DNA of 64,000 nucleotides, from positions 96,001-160,000 of the forward strand of contig CAVPCR010000003.1 in the NCBI GenBank assembly GCA_963702435.1. The letters run 5' to 3'. The DNA is from Candidatus Eiseniibacteriota bacterium. Lineage in GTDB: Bacteria > Eisenbacteria > RBG-16-71-46 > CAVPCR01. The position numbers and the translations under genes were made by a program. Below, one piece after another: positions 61,906-64,000 of this stretch. The notes under the pieces are model-generated. The model saw only the letters and a program-made list of their open reading frames with translations, had not been told where the DNA came from and made no database searches. How positions within the stretch are numbered: position 1 is the stretch's first letter; every line of letters begins with the position of its first letter.

Positions 61906-62030
61906 TCTGTGGACCACCTCCTTTCGGCGTGCCGGAATTGGGCCACGGCAGTCCAGCAGGCGTCAAGGAAAAATCGCGCGGCGAGTGGCCGGTTCGCCCC
62001 GGGAGGCGCCCCCGGCGCGCCATGGCCGTC

Positions 62031-62750
62031 TCACCCGGCCGCCGGCTCTCCTGCCTCGTCCCCCTGGAATCGATAGCCGACCTTGTGCACGGTCTGGATG
62101 TAGCGGCCGCGCGTCGCGTCGCCCTCGAGCTTCTTCCGGAGCTTCGCGATGTGGGTGTCCACGGTGCGCGTGTTGGGGATCGCGTCCTCCGCATAGCCCC
62201 ACACCTGATCGAGGAGCTCGTCGCGCGACACGATCTGCCCGCGGCGCCGGACGAAAAAGCGCACGATCTCGAACTCCTTGAAGGACAGGGGAACCGGCTT
62301 CCCGCCGCGCGTCACCTGGCGCCCCTCGAAGTCCACTTCGACGTCGCCGAAGCGAAAGCGAGCCGGCACCGGAGACTCGACCTGGCCGCCCGCCCTGCGC
62401 AGGACCGCCCCGATGCGCGCGAGGAGCTCGCGCACCGAGAAAGGCTTGGTCACGTAGTCGTCGGCGCCGAGCCCGAGCCCGGTGATCTTGTCGGTTTCCT
62501 GTCCCTTCGCCGTGAGGATGACGACCGGGGTGCGCACGCCGTCCTGGCGGAGCCGCTTCAGGATCTCGAGGCCGCCGAGCCCCGGGAGCATGAGGTCGAG
62601 GAGGATGAGATCGACACCGCTCTTCTTCGCCGCTTCCAGGCCGGCGTACCCGTCGCCCGCCAGCACCACCTGGTGCCCCTCGAACTCGAGGTTGTAGCGG
62701 AGCCCCTCCCGCATCGCGGGCTCGTCCTCGATCACCAGGATCTGCGCCAT
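62031..62750 (-). CDS. OmpR/PhoB-family response regulator
   Basis: ILVIEDE, LLDLMLPG, LTAK, GADDYVTKPF, winged-helix RTVDTHIAKLRKKL..TVHKVGYRF. Confidence 0.95.
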   Translation of the reverse strand: MAQILVIEDEPAMREGLRYNLEFEGHQVVLAGDGYAGLEAAKKSGVDLILLDLMLPGLGGLEILKRLRQDGVRTPVVILTAKGQETDKITGLGLGADDYVTKPFSVRELLARIGAVLRRAGGQVESPVPARFRFGDVEVDFEGRQVTRGGKPVPLSFKEFEIVRFFVRRRGQIVSRDELLDQVWGYAEDAIPNTRTVDTHIAKLRKKLEGDATRGRYIQTVHKVGYRFQGDEAGEPAAG

Positions 62751-62801
62751 GCTTCCTCCTGAGCTCCCGGTCTCCCGCGGGCCGCTCGCTCCGCCTCGAT
62801 G

Positions 62802-62876
62802 GCGGCCGCTCACTCCGCCTCGTCGCGGCCGCTCACTCCGCCTCGTCGCGGCCGCTCACTCCGCCTCGTCGCGGCC
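62802..62876. repeat. Perfect 23-bp tandem repeat x3 spanning the kinase stop codon
   Basis: GCGGCCGCTCACTCCGCCTCGTC at 62802, 62825 and 62848, with a degenerate copy just before. Confidence 0.9.
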
Positions 62877-64000
62877 CGGCCGCTCCGCGATCGGCAGCTC
62901 GATCGTGAAGGTGGATCCTTCGCCCGGCCGCGACCGGAGATGGACTCGCCCGCCGTGGGCGGCGGCGATGTGCTTAACGAGCGTGAGTCCGAGACCGGAG
63001 CCCTTCACGCCCTGCGCGATCGCGTCGTTCGCCCGATAGAAGAGATCGAAGATGCGATCCTGCTCGCTGGGCGGGATGCCGGCGCCGTGATCGCTCACGG
63101 CGAGGAGAGCGCTCCGCCCCTGCCGGCGGAGAGTGACCTCGATCTGCCGCTCACCGTTCGAGTACTTGATCGCGTTGTCGAGCAGGTTGAGGAGCGCGCG
63201 CGTGATGGCCTCCGGATCGCAGCGCGCGACGAGCGGTCCCGGGTCGAACTGGCGGTGGACGGCGATGCCTTGCTCGTCGAGATGGTACCGATAGGCGTCG
63301 AGGGTCTCGGCGACGACCTGGACCAGGTCGGTCTCGGTCAGGTTGTAGGTGCCGCGGCCGGCATCGATGCGCGAGATGTCGAGCACGTTGTTGATGAGAT
63401 GGGTCAGACGCTGGGCCTCGCGCGAGATCACCTGCAGGAACTCGCGGGAGCGCTCCGGGTCGGCCACGCGCCCGAGCTCGAGGGTCTCGGCATAGAGCCG
63501 GATCAGCGCGATCGGGGTCTTGAGCTCGTGCGAGACGCTCGAGACGAAGCGCGATTTCTGCTCCGCCGCCTCGATCTCGCGATCCATCCAGCGCAGGAGA
63601 AAGATGCTGCCGAGGAGGATGACGAAGACCATGCCGGCGATCAGTGCAACGTGCGTGGTGCGGATCGAGCGCACCCAGGCCTTGTACTCGTGGTCCTCGA
63701 GGCTGACGCCGACGCGCCAGAAGGGCAGGACGCGGCGGAAAGGCTGGGCGGCGATCAGATCGGCGCCCGGTTGCGAGCGGCTCTCGAAGAGGACGGCGCC
63801 GCGCTCGTCGATCACCGAGACCGAGACGTGATCGCGCAGGTACCCGGCCCGGAAGATGGCCTTGCCGCCGGGCGGCCCGGCGGCGAAGAGGCCGGGGAGG
63901 ACGACATCGGCGCAATGCCGGAGGTCCCAGATCAGGACGACGGTGCCGAGGAGCTCGCGCTGCCACGACCGCATCGTGAAGTAGGTGACCTGGAAGGGAC
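62856..64000 (-). CDS. Membrane sensor histidine kinase (N-terminus outside the window)
   Basis: TM helix, VSHELKTPI, NLLDNAIKYS, DHGAGI, FYR, GSGLGL. Confidence 0.93.
   Translation of the reverse strand, partial: PFQVTYFTMRSWQRELLGTVVLIWDLRHCADVVLPGLFAAGPPGGKAIFRAGYLRDHVSVSVIDERGAVLFESRSQPGADLIAAQPFRRVLPFWRVGVSLEDHEYKAWVRSIRTTHVALIAGMVFVILLGSIFLLRWMDREIEAAEQKSRFVSSVSHELKTPIALIRLYAETLELGRVADPERSREFLQVISREAQRLTHLINNVLDISRIDAGRGTYNLTETDLVQVVAETLDAYRYHLDEQGIAVHRQFDPGPLVARCDPEAITRALLNLLDNAIKYSNGERQIEVTLRRQGRSALLAVSDHGAGIPPSEQDRIFDLFYRANDAIAQGVKGSGLGLTLVKHIAAAHGGRVHLRSRPGEGSTFTIELPIAERPGRDEAE

Noticed and set aside
61910..61925. TGGACCACCTCCTTTC as a 16S rRNA gene fragment or tmRNA
   Set aside because: The flanks lack the conserved 16S 3' sequence (no AAGTCGTAACAAGGT). 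There are no tRNA-like tmRNA ends, and the ORF does not end in the Ala-rich tag.
62802..62876. 23-bp repeats as a mini CRISPR array
   Set aside because: The copies are directly adjacent with no spacers and duplicate the end of a coding sequence.

Overview
A 64-kb chromosomal window from a very GC-rich diderm bacterium. The FlgD-Ig-type C-terminal domains and LVIVD-repeat protein suggest an Eisenbacteria/Krumholzibacteriota/Latescibacterota-like lineage (inference only). Most genes are minus-strand housekeeping genes: pcm, surE, merR-like, der, miaA, mutL, mutS, rpsA, a cmk-plsC fusion, aroA, hisC, rluB, scpAB and serA. There are also four tRNAs, nine predicted peptidases, a TetR-TolC-HlyD-ABC2 exporter operon and a two-component system. 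Single-base indels interrupt rpsA, aroA, two other genes and most of 45.1-50.3 kb, which looks like long-read consensus error. I saw no CRISPR array, integrase or prophage. The most unusual signals are: (1) an unannotated, structured ~210-nt minus-strand unit at 61.7-61.95 kb with a 16-nt complement to the 16S rRNA 3' end, a 14-codon ORF (MKYHSSVTSEVPAR), hairpins and a terminator; (2) an eRF1-like (baeRF, possibly Balon-like) gene behind a promoter and a long leader with alternative folds; (3) a four-gene block (circularly permuted SpoIVB/S55 protease, beta-propeller, kinase-less PAS-HisKA, GAF plus degenerate GGDEF) flanked by two related MITE-like repeats; (4) many near-leaderless promoters and a preference for 18-bp spacers.
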